Shown here piece by piece: positions 1 to 12,132 of a DNA stretch of 64,000 nucleotides. The translations under genes and the position numbers were made by a program. Within the stretch, counting starts at the first letter, position 1. Each line of letters starts with the position of its first letter. Under the pieces are notes generated by a model. It ran no database searches. It was not told the origin of the DNA and saw nothing but the letters and a program-made list of their open reading frames with translations. The stretch comes from Takakia lepidozioides (taxonomy: Eukaryota > Plantae > Bryophyta): positions 18,352,001 through 18,416,000 of the forward strand of contig CM060734.1 of NCBI GenBank assembly GCA_030704615.1. The letters run 5' to 3'.

Positions 1-830
1 CCCACATCAAGGAGTTTGTTTCCGTACCATGGCATCCCATGACAAAGAACCAAACCCCCACTTGACTCTACTCTCCACTAGCTAGTTCGGCCGACTTTCT
101 CCAAGTCCCGGCCAAGGGCGGAGCTTCTCAAGCTCCTCCCAGTGCACTCTTCTTGACCCACTTCAGGGCCAAGGAACGATCCTCCCCGAGGATCGAATCG
201 CCTTACTACAACAACATTTGCTTACGACCGCTCGTGATGTCGCTTTTGGCATCACCTTGAGCAAGGGTTCGCCTTGAACCCTTTTTTTGACTACGAAGAT
301 AACCTTGAACCAACCGTGCGTTGCAATCACTACAGTTGGGTCCGCCTTGGAATGCTGGCCTGAGGTACGGGAACACGCCGAAGCCGCACTACGACTTCGT
401 CCCGAGGCTACACGATTATAGTACGTGAACGGAAGCACGTAGCTTCCGCGTTAGCCCGCACTACAAGGCAATCCCCTCGGTAGCGCAGTTATAGTACGCG
501 CACGTGCCAGGTGCGCACTAGCACGTGAACTCCCAACGAAGGTGCAAGTTTCCTGGCCCCTTGGGTGGGAGTCACCCGATTTTGGCACTACACAAACACA
601 CGATTAATCCAATTTACCTCTCCCACTTTGTAAGCTTAGCATGCATTCTACACACTAGCCAACCATACCATGCATCACCATTCCAAACAAAATAGAACGC
701 ACAACATTTGGAAACCATTTCATTTATAACAAAATTTGTACAATACAAGTTTTTGCAATCGGATTCTTGAGCTAGCTAAGCCGGGCTAAGCATGCATTTC
801 CTCCCCCACGCTCCAAAGTTGATATCCTCA

Positions 831-1148
831 TCAACGCTTCTTCCGCTTTTGAGGTCGCCCTTCAAAAGCTGCAACCGCCTCGTTTCCCATTTCTGAGGCA
901 CGCACCCAAGATGCCGCCACATGATGATAGCCCTTCCATTTCACGAGATACTCCGTTTCTCGATTCTTGAACCTCCTCGACTTAAGCACTCCCTCCACCT
1001 CGTACTCAGGTTCATTTTCATGATCCAATAGCACAGGTGGCGGACGCAACACTTGATGCCGATTCGGACGCGCTTCATCTTTGAAGTAAGGCTTCAAAAT
1101 GGAGACGTGGAATACCGGATGCACCTTGCTGTTTGCCGGCAGCTCCAA
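831..1148 (-). pseudogene. Integrase C-terminus with chromodomain
   Basis: VHPVFHVSILKPY followed by EYEVEGVLKSRR...YLVKWKGY...SW; aromatic cage Y/W/Y present. Confidence 0.92.
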
Positions 1149-1235
1149 TTAATACACATCCTCATTCATAACCTTCCGGATGCGAAAGGATCCAGCATAC
1201 GGAGGTACGAACTTCGGACTCACTTCCGGAGGTAG

Positions 1236-2183
1236 TCAAAAATTCTTGATGTTCAACCAGACCTCTGTGCCTGCCTCAAACTTAACCTCCCTCCGCTTCC
1301 GATTTGCCTGCCGTTCATACCGTTTCATAGCTTTGGCAATGTTGTACTGTACGAGCTTCAACAAACGCTCGCGTTCTTCCAGCACTGCCGCTGCTGTCGG
1401 TTCCTCAATGTCCTGGGCGGCCCAACTTGTCGGCACCAAAGGTGCTTTTCCATAGACCAATATGAAGGGGGAAACTCTCGTTGCGGAGTGTTTTGTGTTA
1501 TTATAACAGAACTCTGCCGCATCCAAGTGCTCCACCCTGTCCGATTGATCCGCCGACACATAATTCTGCAAGATCTGCTTCACCACGGAATTCACCCTTT
1601 TCGTTTGGCCGTCCGTCATAGGTCGGAAGGCGGTGCTCATTTTGAGCCTCGTCCCCATTTTCTTCCAAAGTACCCTCCAAAATTTACTAGTAAACTTTGG
1701 ATCGCGGTCCGAGACAATATCCTTCGGGAGTCCATGATGCTTGAAGACGTGGGCGAAGTAAAGTCGCCTCGTCTCCTGCGCCGTTGCCGTCTCCTTGGTG
1801 GGGATGAAACGGCCCATTTTGCTGAACCTATCCACCACCACCATGATTGCATCGAATCCTTTTGACAACGGCATAGCAGTCATGAAGTCCATCGAGACAC
1901 TTTTCCAAGACCCCTCTGGAATCGACAAGGGTTATAACAACCCCGCTTGCTTTTTGTACTCGCTCCGGTTTTGTTGGCATGTGGTGCATGTCTTGACATA
2001 CTCCTCGGCCTCCTCCCTTAGTTTGGGCCAGAAATACTTTTTTTTCAAGAGTGTTGCGGTGCGCTTGGCTCCGCCATGGCCCGCAAGCGGGCCATCATGG
2101 CATTCTCTCAAGAAACTATCTCTGATCCCTCCCTTCGACACGTAGAGACGCTTTTGCTTGTACCGGAGTAGTCCATTTTGCAA
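1236..2183 (-). pseudogene. Integrase (HHCC zinc finger and DDE core), split by an in-frame stop
   Basis: CHDGPLAGHGG...CTTCQ, SMDFM, VVVDRFSKM, IVSDRDPKFTS, TDGQT; ORFs 1932..2183 and 1236..1928 are in frame across a TAA. Confidence 0.93.
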
Positions 2184-2321
2184 GTGGAACTACGATTTAA
2201 CCCCCCATCCTCAAGTCCCGCATCACGGACTTCGCCATCTCATCCTTCCGGTAAGCCTTCCGGATCTTCCTCTGGAGCGTCGTCTCACCCTTGTACACTA
2301 ACATGAGCTGCTGCTTTCTAC

Positions 2322-3428
2322 TTAAAGCATCGGCCACCACATTGTCCCGTCCCGGTTTTTACTGGATATCCACGTCGAACACGCCAAAGTGTCTTGCCAC
2401 CTAAGTTGTTTTGGGGACAACTTAGGTTGCGTGGCAAAATACTTCACCGTGACATTGTCCATAAACACCTTCACCGGGTTGGAACCAACATAGTGGCGCC
2501 AAAGCTCAAGGCAATGCACCACCGCCTTCATCTCTTTCTCGTGCGTTGGCCACCGTCGCTCCACTTCATTCAGTTTCTTACTTTTGTAAGCCATTGGACG
2601 TCCCTCTTGCATGAGTACACCTCCAATCGCGAAGTCCGATGCATCCGTATGAATCTCAAATGGGCGGTCGAACTCCGGGATTTTCAGGACTAGAGCTTCC
2701 GCCATCCGCTGCTGCAACTAGGCAAAAGCTTGGCCACAAAAGGTGTTCCATACCCAGACTTTGGATTTACACAGGAGGTCTGACAGGGGCCCCGCGATCT
2801 TGGCAAAATTTCTCACATACTTTCGGTAATAGGAGGCAAGTCCTAAGAAAGATCGCACTCCTGGGACCGAAGTCGGAGGCTCCCAGTCCAAGATTGCTCT
2901 CACATTTCTGTCATCCATTTTGATCCCATCCTGTGTAATCACATGCCCCAAGAACTCCACTTTTGTGACCCCGAATTCGCACTTTGAAGCTTTGGCATAC
3001 AGCTTCCCTTCCCGCAATTTCTGAAACACCCTTTTGAGGTGCTCTAGGTGCTCTTTCTTTGTTTTCGAGTACACCAAGATGTCGTCGATGTACATGATCA
3101 CAAAGTCGTCCAACCACTCCTGGAAAAGGCTGTCCATTAGCGTGCTAAAGGTTGCGGTTGCATTGGGGAGCCCAAAAGGCATCACCAAGAACTCATAGGA
3201 ACCATACCTTGTCCTGCACGCGGTCTTTTCCTCATCTCCTTCCGCCACTTGAATTTGATGATATTCGGAGTGCAAATCGATCCGGCTGAAATACTTTGCT
3301 CCTGCCAACCGATCGAAGAGGTCGTCGATCCTTGGCAAAGGGTATCGGTTTTTGATAGTCACCTTATTCAGAGCCCTATAATCGACACACATCCGTAGCG
3401 TCCCATCTTTTTTGTCTGCGAATAGCAC
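2322..3428 (-). pseudogene. Reverse transcriptase and RNase H, disrupted
   Basis: [44 protein letters not shown]; stop at 2718-2720. Confidence 0.95.
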
Positions 3429-3487
3429 TGGGGCTCCGTAAGTGACTTACTCGGCCGGATGTACCCCTTTGACATTAGATCCTTGAG

Positions 3488-5380
3488 CTAAGTCTTCAGC
3501 TCGACCAACTCTCTGTGGCTCAACCGGTAGGGCGCCTTGGCAGGCGGCTCCGATCCCGGTATCACCTCAATCTTGTGGTCAACTCCTCTTCGCGGTGGCA
3601 AGCCGCTTGGTAAATCCTCCGGCATCACATCCTGATATTTCTCCAAAATCCCCTTGATCCAATCTGGGCTCGGCTCCCCATCGCCTTCTCCCTTCACTTG
3701 TCTTACGTAAAGCAAAAACTGGGGTTCATGTGGCTCCTCCACGGCCCACTCCTTTGCTGATAGCACGTTTATGCGTCCTCCCACTGGGCTGGGCGCTTCC
3801 GAAACTCGTAAAACTTCACCACCATTCCCACACGGTAACGTGACTATTCTTTTGCGGCCATCTATGACCGCTCCTGATTTGCTCAAAAAGGTCATCCCCA
3901 AAATGAGATCCACTCCATCGATCTCGCAAATGGTGAAGTTCTCCCGTCCCTCCCAACTCCCGAGCTGAAGAGGAACATCGAACGCCAACCTCGTCGCCAA
4001 TTGTGGTTCTTCTTTAGCAGAACGCACCTCAATAGAAGCCCCCACATCACTTGTCGGGAGTCCCAGCTTCCGTGCCGTTGCCGGTGTCATGAAGGAGTGC
4101 GACGCTCCTGTGTCCACCAACAACGACACGTTAGTTCCGGAAATTATCCCACTCACGTACAATAACTGACTCCTTTTACGCAGGGCGTCAGTCTCCTGAT
4201 ACAACTCACAAGAGTAGTTGCCTACCTTGCAAGTCTTGGCAACCATTGCCTCCACCAAGCGGCTAATGGAATCCTCGGACAACTCTGTGGTTGCCCGAGT
4301 CATGTTCAATTGTCGGGGTTTTGCACACTTCTTTGCCATGTGTCCGGGTTCCCCGCAATTAAAGCACACTCCATCGAAGGTCGCCTTCTGTCCACCATAA
4401 GCCGCCGCACCTGGTTTTCCTTTCGGGGCACCGGGTGTCGTCTTGACGTGTGAGGGCCCTCCCTTCGATTTCCATGTGCCATTATCGTTGCGTGGCCTAT
4501 CTCACTTCTTTTTCGGTCGGAAGGAGTCACCTTCCCGCCGGACCTTCTTGTGGTTCAGCTCCGTACGGCCTTATCTTTCGCCCCTAGGGACATCCAAGAA
4601 ACATTCAGCCCTTTCAATTGCTTCGTTCAAAGTCTTAGGTGGTTTCTCCTCCAACTTCCGTCTGGCCCATGGGGCTAGCCCCGCCACAAAGTTGAAGACC
4701 ATTTCTGGTTCCGCCATGTCCGCAACTTCGAGCAACAGCACATTGAAAGCCTGAACATATCCCCGAATGTCATCCGTTTGCTTGAAATTCCTCATCTTGT
4801 CCTGGGCGAGCCAGGACGCGTTGAGGGGCACAAACTGTCTCTTCATCAGTTCCTCGAACCCACTCCAGTTCAAGGTCTCCGGGTTTGGACCTCGATCGTG
4901 AAGGCGTTTCTGCCACCATTGTTGAGCATAGCCCTCAAATAGGTGGGAGCCACTTCCACCCGATCCTCGTCACTCAACTTGGCCGCCCGGAAGTACTGCT
5001 CTAGCTCCAAGAGCCAGGTGTTGAGTGCCTTCCAATTTTGGACGCCCTCGAAGGTGCCAGGCTCCTTAGGCTTCACCTTAAACTTTGCCTTAGTGGAAGT
5101 GACATTAGCCGCCTTCAACACGTCTTTCAACGTCCCACCAAACTGCGCCAACAACCCTTCCCAAAAGGCTGCTGGCATGGGAGGCATTTGTTGGTCTGTC
5201 GGAGCTCTCAGGGATTCCTCGGGCTCCGACTCCTCATATTTCTCCCGTTCTTGAGCGGCCTCGCTTCCAAAGGCATGCATCGCTTCCTCAAATGGCCTTC
5301 GGTGACCCGTCGCCCCCATCGGACTCAGGATCATCATCTTTCGGGCCGTTCCGCTTTCGCTTTGGCTTGCCCGACCCCAT
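3488..5380 (-). pseudogene. Gag (capsid-like region, CCHC knuckle) and aspartic protease, frameshifted
   Basis: CFNCGEPGHMAKKC knuckle; LLVDTGASHSF protease site; retrotransposon-gag-like ORFs 4571..4873 and 4870..5445. Start position approximate. Confidence 0.9.
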
Positions 5381-5421
5381 GATGAGGCCGATCCCAAGGA
5401 CGATCGCGTACTGAACTCTAA

Positions 5422-5433
5422 GCTCTGATACCA
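5422..5433 (-). promoter_or_regulatory. Primer-binding site, tRNA-iMet
   Basis: gctctgatacca is the reverse complement of TGGTATCAGAGC, 2 nt from the LTR edge. Confidence 0.95.
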
Positions 5434-5435
5434 AG

Positions 5436-6161
5436 TGTCGCGCACTTCACTTCGGTAAGCTCCCCTTCAAGTCATAGTTAATCGCTTTGATGTGCGCGCC
5501 TAACTCCATAACTGGCCGCCGGGCCAACTTAGAGCTTCGGCTGCTCCCCGGGACATAACGGTCCCCCTTTACTCCTTCACAAGACCCTCTCTCAATTTGG
5601 GCCTAGTGGAAATTCCCTTTGGTCGATGGCAGTCCGGAATAGCTCCCCACACCTTGGTCGCTTTCCGGCTCGCACGCTTACTCACTAGTTTTTGGTCACG
5701 AATGGGCTTGCACTGTTCTCGGGGTTACTACTCCCTATATATACATTTGTGACTGTCCGCGGAGGTTCCACAAACAACACCACCATTTTATGGCGAACCA
5801 CCATGAAAACCCTCGATTCCCGATGATGAGTCGCGGTGAGTCTTGGCCCACCCACCACGGTCCCCTTGGACCGTGATGAGTCCCAAGACTCCCCACGACT
5901 CCCACCACAAGGTCTCCGCCCCCATGGTGAGTACTATGCCATCCACACTAAGTCCCACTAAGCTACCACCACCCCTCGTGGAACCACCCCCACCACAACC
6001 CGGTGTGCGGGGCTCCACCTAGTGAGCGCCTTCGCCTCCTTGAGTGCCTTGGGCACTCAAGGGTGCTTCAGCCCCCGCATCTATTGTCGCCACTGCCCCC
6101 ACCACAGGGGCAGCCCCTCTTGTGTCCTGACCCCCTGCCCTCAAGGCAAAGGGCCACGACA
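5436..6161 (-). repeat. 5' LTR of chromovirus copy 1 (726 bp)
   Basis: TGTCGCG...CACGACA termini; colinear with 8889-9614, same length, homology stops at both termini. Confidence 0.92.
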
Positions 6162-8194
6162 TACTTCCCCCAATACCCAATTCTTCATATATTCAAAAGA
6201 AGGGGAGAACGAATAACTTAAGTTTAATAAGTTTAATTAGTTCAATAAGTCAAAAAGGTCCAACAAGTTCAATTAGGTTCAACAACCTATTTAGGAATTA
6301 CTCGCATCCAGAAAACAAATAAAAACGATTTGAAAAAAAAAAAAAAAAAAAAAAAACTTAAAGTTGGGAATCTTAGGAGGAATCCAGGGATTCCATTGGC
6401 ACTTCCAATGGAACGTGGGAACTCATTGAGAACCGGCTTGGAAGTTGGGAACGCCCGAGAACTATTCCCCGGTGCGGCGAACTGCAGCCCCCCTTGGATG
6501 GATGAAAGTCGATTGGGGGGATGATTTTTCTGCTCATCCGCAGCTCATAACTTGCTTGCTTAAAATCTAAAATACTCCAATGGTGGGTCCCTAGCCTTGT
6601 TCCACCATATTTATATTAAATTAAAGACATGAGGGCGCTTTCTCCCCTTGGCAAGGGTCACCCCCTACCTCTAGATCTGACACCATTGGTCACTATAGCC
6701 TAAAATCTAGGCTACTTTAGTTTGTTCTCAAAATGAGACCGTCGCTGTCTCGGGGTATATACCTTGGGACCTAACTATCCCTTGAGACCCTGCTATGGCT
6801 TAAACAAAAGGTCCCTCCAAGGGCTACCTCACTCTAAAAGCTCGGATTTTTCCTACCATTAACCCCCTAACTAGAAGCAAAAGACCCTTAAGAGGGGTAC
6901 AAATCAAAACCAATAGTGAAGGGTAGGAAATCCCCCCTTAAAGCGGCGGCTGCTGTGCCCGCGGGGTAAAGCCTGCCCCTGCCACATGGCGGGGCGGTGG
7001 AGCAGCGCGGGCCGCGCCGCGCTATTGACCTACGGATCCCGCCACGGTTTACGCTTGCGACCCCCGGTCCGCCGTCCGGGATTTTAACCAGCGGTTAATG
7101 GCGCAAAATCCCCCTCGTGCGCCTTGTCTCCCCGCGTGCATACAGCCACGCGGCCCTCCTTTCTCAAAGTACGACGGCAGTCAGCGGGGGAGGGCCCGCA
7201 CCTCCCAGCGCCGTGGCGTGTGGCCACGGCAGCCCCCAACTGCTGTTTTTTGGGCTCCTCAAGCTATGGCGCGGCTCCCAGGCCTATCCCGGGCTGCTCG
7301 CGGCTGTTGGGCAGAGCTGTAGAACCAAAAGAAAAAACAATTCTCCCCCCCCCCCCTCTATTCAAATGATCTCCTTGCTTGGAGGAAGTAAGTAGATTAG
7401 TATGGCCCTCCTTGGCCTATTACATTGACAATTTTACTAGCTGGTCATACACTCCTGAGCTATGGTATTTTGCAACAATTGAAAATAATTCAACAATTCC
7501 ACGCTTGAATCAATGGTTCCTCTTTTCCTTTGGCCAATGGCCTTCTGGGGACTTTCCCGTGTCAACCTTGAATTCCTGACACATGTATCTTCATTGTTTC
7601 TTTCACCTCTTGGAGAGGGCTAACATTTCAATCAAAAATCCACCAACCATTCATGGCTTGGGGTAGAACATAAATTTCATACAAATATGAAAAAGTGAGG
7701 TACGTGTCAACCTTCCAATGCAAATGATGCTTGGGATGCTCTATCGACTCGGCGAATTGGTACTTTGTGCGGTCCTCCTTTGGTACTTGTCAACTAGGTC
7801 CAACCCCGGCCTTTCCTACTCGTCTCCAAGTCTCCCACTCCACATTCAACTTGCATGAATCCTCCTTTATAAATTCTAGAATGGCTCCAAGGCCTACAAA
7901 AGCTAGGACCTCTCTCCTTAGTTTCTAAAATGTTTTCCTATACTAGAGAGCTCAAGCTCCATTCTCTAGGATCTAGGCTCCCTCTAGCCATACTAACAAA
8001 ACTAGACTACAACAAGCTTCATACGGTCGTTTTGATGCCAGAGTTCCTCTTTATGGTCGTCACAGACTCTGCCTAAATTCCTAGGTGCTATATCAATGAT
8101 TCCCCAATAACTAACAACTTGTCATGTTTTGGCAGTACCATGCCGAAACTGCTTGGCTAAAGATAAAAAACGATCAGAAAATAAAAATGTACCC

Positions 8195-8888
8195 ACTTCT
8201 GCATCTACACCCGTCTTGCAAGGGAGAAGCTTGCGTCCTCTAACATTGCAATTTATTGAGTGCTAAGATTTGTCCCCACCTTTACCGACCAAATGCTTGG
8301 TGTAGGAGGCTTCATGATCACCGAAGCTCGTACCGTACCATTTATGCACCTCCCACAATCGTCGGCGCAAAACCAGAACTTATGATTCCTTGCCCGAATG
8401 GCCAAAACAAACCTGTGAAAGTGGGAGCGGGAGTCCTTGCACTCCCTCTGGATATGAGTGATGTGCACTTCTGAAATGTGTTGGCCCTGATCGCACTACA
8501 TTGCACTCTTGAGCCAACATTAGTGTACTCTATATGTCACACCTCATCGGCGCACAGTGATTCTTCTACATCCGGGACCATGGTCTCCTCCCGAACCATT
8601 GTATTCAGTGCATAGGAAGCACCACTGCAGGGTGGGCTATTTTGTGGAAGCATCTCCTGCAAATGAGGATTTTGAGATTGATCTTTGATGCAATGGGACA
8701 CGCGGCATGGAGAATTTGTCTTTGTCAAATCTATCTCCATCTGAACTAAGAGGAGTGTCCAGTTTACGCTTTTAAGAGCCAAATCTCTCCTCCCCTCCAA
8801 CTACAGAACTCTAGAGACCAAGGGGTTCCGACGGCACACATGTCCACCGCCTTAGCTACTTTGCTTGGATCCCCTGATTTAGTGGCAG
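8195..8888 (-). pseudogene. Decayed fragment of a Cys-rich, probably transposon-encoded protein, cut by the chromovirus LTR at 8889
   Basis: Across frameshifts reads SGDPSKVAKAV...LEGEERFGS*KRKLD...CSAIRANTFQKC...TPAPTFTG...KFWFCADDCGRC...WSVKVGTNL; I recall this motif string from bryophyte repeat-borne proteins that end in a SWIM finger (recall, not a search). Confidence 0.5.
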
Positions 8889-9614
8889 TGTCGCGCACCT
8901 CACTTCGGCAACCTCCCCTTCAAGTCATAGATACTCGCTCTGATGCGCGCGCCTAACTCCCTAACTGGCCGCCGGGCCAACTCAGAGCTTCGGCTACTCC
9001 CCGGGACATAACGGTCCCCCTTTACTCCTCCACAAGACCCTCTCTCAATTTGGGCCTAGTGGAAATTCCCTTTGGTCGATGGCAGTCCGGAATAGCTCCC
9101 CACACTTTGGTCGCTTTCCGGCTCGCACACTTACTCACTAGTTTTTGGTCATCAACGGGCTTGCACCGTTCTCGGGGTTACTACTCCCTATATATACTTC
9201 TGTGACTGTCCGCGGAGGTTTCACAAACAACCATGCCATTTTATGGCAAACCACCACGAAAACCCTCGATTCCCGGTGGTGAGTCGCGGTGAGTCTTGGC
9301 CCACTCACCACGATCCCATTGGACCGTGATGAGTCCCAAGACTCCCCACGACTCCCACCACAAGGTCTCCGCCCCCATGGTGAGTCCTATGCCACCCCCA
9401 CTACGTCCCACTAAGCTACCACCACCCCTCGTGGAACCACCCCCACCGCAACCCGGTGTGCGGGGCTCTACCTAGTGAGCGCCTCCGCCTCCTTGAGTGC
9501 CTTGGGCACTCAAGGGTATTTCAGCCCCCGCATCTATTGTCGCCACTGCCCCCACCACAGGGGCAACCCCTCTCGTGTCCCGACCCCCTGCTCTCAATGC
9601 AAATGGCCGCGACA
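8889..9614 (-). repeat. 3' LTR of chromovirus copy 2 (726 bp)
   Basis: Perfect 7-bp terminal inverted repeat TGTCGCG...CGCGACA; purine-rich GGTAGGGGTGTG on the minus strand at 9615-9626 is the probable PPT. Confidence 0.9.
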
Positions 9615-10890
9615 CACACCCCTACCAACAGGGAGTCGATGTCCTCATCGACTTGTCTATTTTGTAGAAACGAACATCCAAGTTGTGGTGTCCCACATCA
9701 AGGAGTTTGTTTCCACACCATGGCGTCCCATGGCTAAGAACCAAACCCCCACTTGACTCTACTCTCCACTAGCTAGTTCGGCCGACTTCCTCCAAGTCCC
9801 GGCCAAGGGTGGAGCCTCTCAAGCTCCTCCCAGTGCACTCTTCTTGACCCACTTCAGGGCCAAGGAACGATCCTCCCCGAGGATCGAATCGCCTTACTAC
9901 AACAACATTTGCTTACGACCGCTCGTGATGTCGCTTTTGGCATCACCTTGAGCAAGGGTTCGGCTTGAACCCTTTTTTACTAGGAAGATAACCTTGAACC
10001 AACCGTGCGCCTCAATCACTACAATTGGGTCCGCCTTGGAATGCTGGCCTGAAGTACGGGAACACGCCGAAGCCGCACTACGACTTCATCCCGAGGCTAC
10101 ACGATTATAGTACGTGAACGGAAGCACGTAGCTTCTGCATTAGCCCGCACTACAAGGCAACCCCCTCGGTAACGCAGTTATAGTACGCGCACGCGCCAGA
10201 TGCGCACTAGCACGTGAACTCCCAACGAAGGTGCAAGTTTCCTTGCCCTTTGGGTGGGAGTCACCCAATTTCGGCACTACACAAACACACGATTAATTCA
10301 ATTTACCTCTCCCACTTTGTAAGCTTTGCATGCATTCTACACACAAGCCAACCATACCATGCATCACCATTCCAAACAAAATAGGAAGCACAACATTTGG
10401 AAACCATTTCATTTATAAAAAAATTGTACAATACAAGTTTTTGCAATCGGATTCCTGAGCTAGCTAAGCCGGGCTAAGCATGCATTTCCTCCCCCACGCT
10501 CCAAGGTTGATTTGTCCATCAACGCTTCTTCCGCTTTTGAGGTCGCCCTTCGAAAGCTGCAACCGCCTCGGATGCGTTTCCTATTTCTGAGGCATGCACC
10601 CAAGATGCCGCCACATGATGATAGCCCTTCCATTTCACGAGATATTCCGTTTCTCGATTCTTGAACCTCCTCGACTTAAGCACTTCCTCCACCTCGTACT
10701 CAGGTTCATTTTCATGATCTAATAGCACAGGTGGCGGACGCAACACTTGAGGCCGATTCGGACGCGTTTCATCTTTGAAGTAAGGCTTCAAAAGGGAGAC
10801 GTGGAATACCGAATGCACCTTGCTGTTTGCCGGGAGCTCCAATTCATACACATCCTCATTCATAACCTTCCGGATGCGAAAGGGTCCAGT
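8889..10890 (-). mobile_element. Chromovirus copy 2: 3' LTR, 3' non-coding region and chromodomain only (5'-truncated)
   Basis: 9692-10890 is colinear with 1-about 1195; chromodomain ORF 10519..10905; homology ends abruptly near 10890. Confidence 0.92.
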
Positions 10891-11289
10891 AGAGCTTACC
10901 AACACTGTTTTCCAGGAGGTTTATGTCAGGTTTTGCAAATAAAACCTCACTATGCTCCATTCCACACCAAATCCAGGCCTGAGAGAGGCCCGTCATTGCC
11001 TTATCAGGCTGCCATCTTTAAAAACAGGGCCTCCTCTTCTTTAGAACCTAACAGCCATTGATGCCTTACCCATAAACCATAACTCCTCTTTAAGGCCAAA
11101 ACATTACCTAGCTTAATAATCCACAGGCAATGCTGTCAAAGATTCAAGACAAGGTAAGGTCCAAGCCTGTCAAGCCAAAGTGCTCCATCAAAGGCAGCAT
11201 ATTATTTGCCTTATTTTGCCATCAGACCAGGCACCTACAATGTATGATTTATTTTCTGGCCAAGTGGGCTTGGTCTCGGGCACTCAAAG

Positions 11290-11770
11290 TGTTTGTGTGT
11301 CCATATCTTGAATTTGTAATATGGCAGGCCTTTCTTCCATGCCAAAATGCCTTACATGATGCATATCTTGGGGCAATTACACATGGTGTAGAATGAAGTT
11401 GCAGTCTGTCTTGTCATGCCCAAGAGGGTCACTTGGTTGCATGTTTGGAATCTAATAAACTGCAGGCTGGTCCATCAAGATGCTTGTGTATACATATCTT
11501 GAATTTGTAGTATGGCAGGCTGTTCTTACCTACCCAAGGGGCCTTGCATGATGCATGTCTTGGGGTATTTACAAATGGCAAAGAGTGAAGCTGCAATATG
11601 TTTTGTCATGCCCAAGAAGTTTACTTGGTTGCATGCTTGAAATCTGATTAATTGCAGGCTGGTCCTTCAAGGTACTTATATGAACATATCCTGAATCTGT
11701 AGTAGGACAGGCTGTTCTTACCTACCCAAGGAGCCTTGCATGATGCATGTCTTGGGTTACTTACAGGAAT
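11290..11770. repeat. Degenerate tandem repeat, about 191-bp unit, about 2.5 copies
   Basis: atatc(t/c)tgaat(t/c)tgta..a.g.cagg recurs near 11303, 11494 and 11686; a more diverged copy lies at about 13850-14010. Confidence 0.75.
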
Positions 11771-12013
11771 TTGAACGTGAATAAACCCCGCCCTCCCACC
11801 CTGTTTTATCATGAATGATCGGGTGAAATCAATTGGGAAGTCATGACTAGAATGGAAGTGTTAGATGGTGCCGTGTTTGACAATGACCCTAGTAGGGTCT
11901 TGTCCATGTCTTGACATGACATGAATATCTTCCCACTCTCTCCCTCTCTCTTTTTAACTTTTTCTACCCCCTCTCTCCCTCTGTGGGTTTTGTTTTTGTG
12001 AGCAGCACAAAAG

Positions 12014-12017
<4 letters not shown>

Positions 12018-12082
<65 letters not shown>

Positions 12083-12132
12083 GAGAGAAAGGGACATTTC
12101 AGGAAACAAAAAAAAAAAAAAAAAAAAAAAAA
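12018..12132. repeat. (GA)n microsatellite followed by a poly-A tract
   Basis: Directly visible. Confidence 0.95.

Larger units (their letters stand above)
1..6161 (-). mobile_element. Ty3/Gypsy chromovirus LTR retrotransposon (Galadriel-like), decayed; its 3' LTR lies just left of the window
   Basis: Minus-strand order gag-CCHC-protease-RT-RNaseH-integrase-chromodomain; tRNA-iMet PBS beside a TG...CA LTR; RNase H motifs HTDASDFAIGGVLMQ and HEKEMKAVVHCL are Galadriel-type. Confidence 0.93.

Noticed and set aside
163-438. 91-aa ORF in the chromovirus 3' region
   Set aside because: Frameshifted in the second copy (near 9975) and has no recognisable motif.
5436-9614. The two 726-bp LTRs as one element enclosing 6162-8888
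   Set aside because: The PBS lies outside (left of) the first LTR and the PPT/pol sequence outside (right of) the second, so they belong to separate insertions.
8889-10484. A 1.6-kb LTR ending at the CA before tttcctccccca
   Set aside because: Homology with the 5' LTR stops exactly at the CGCGACA inverted terminus (9614 and 6161).
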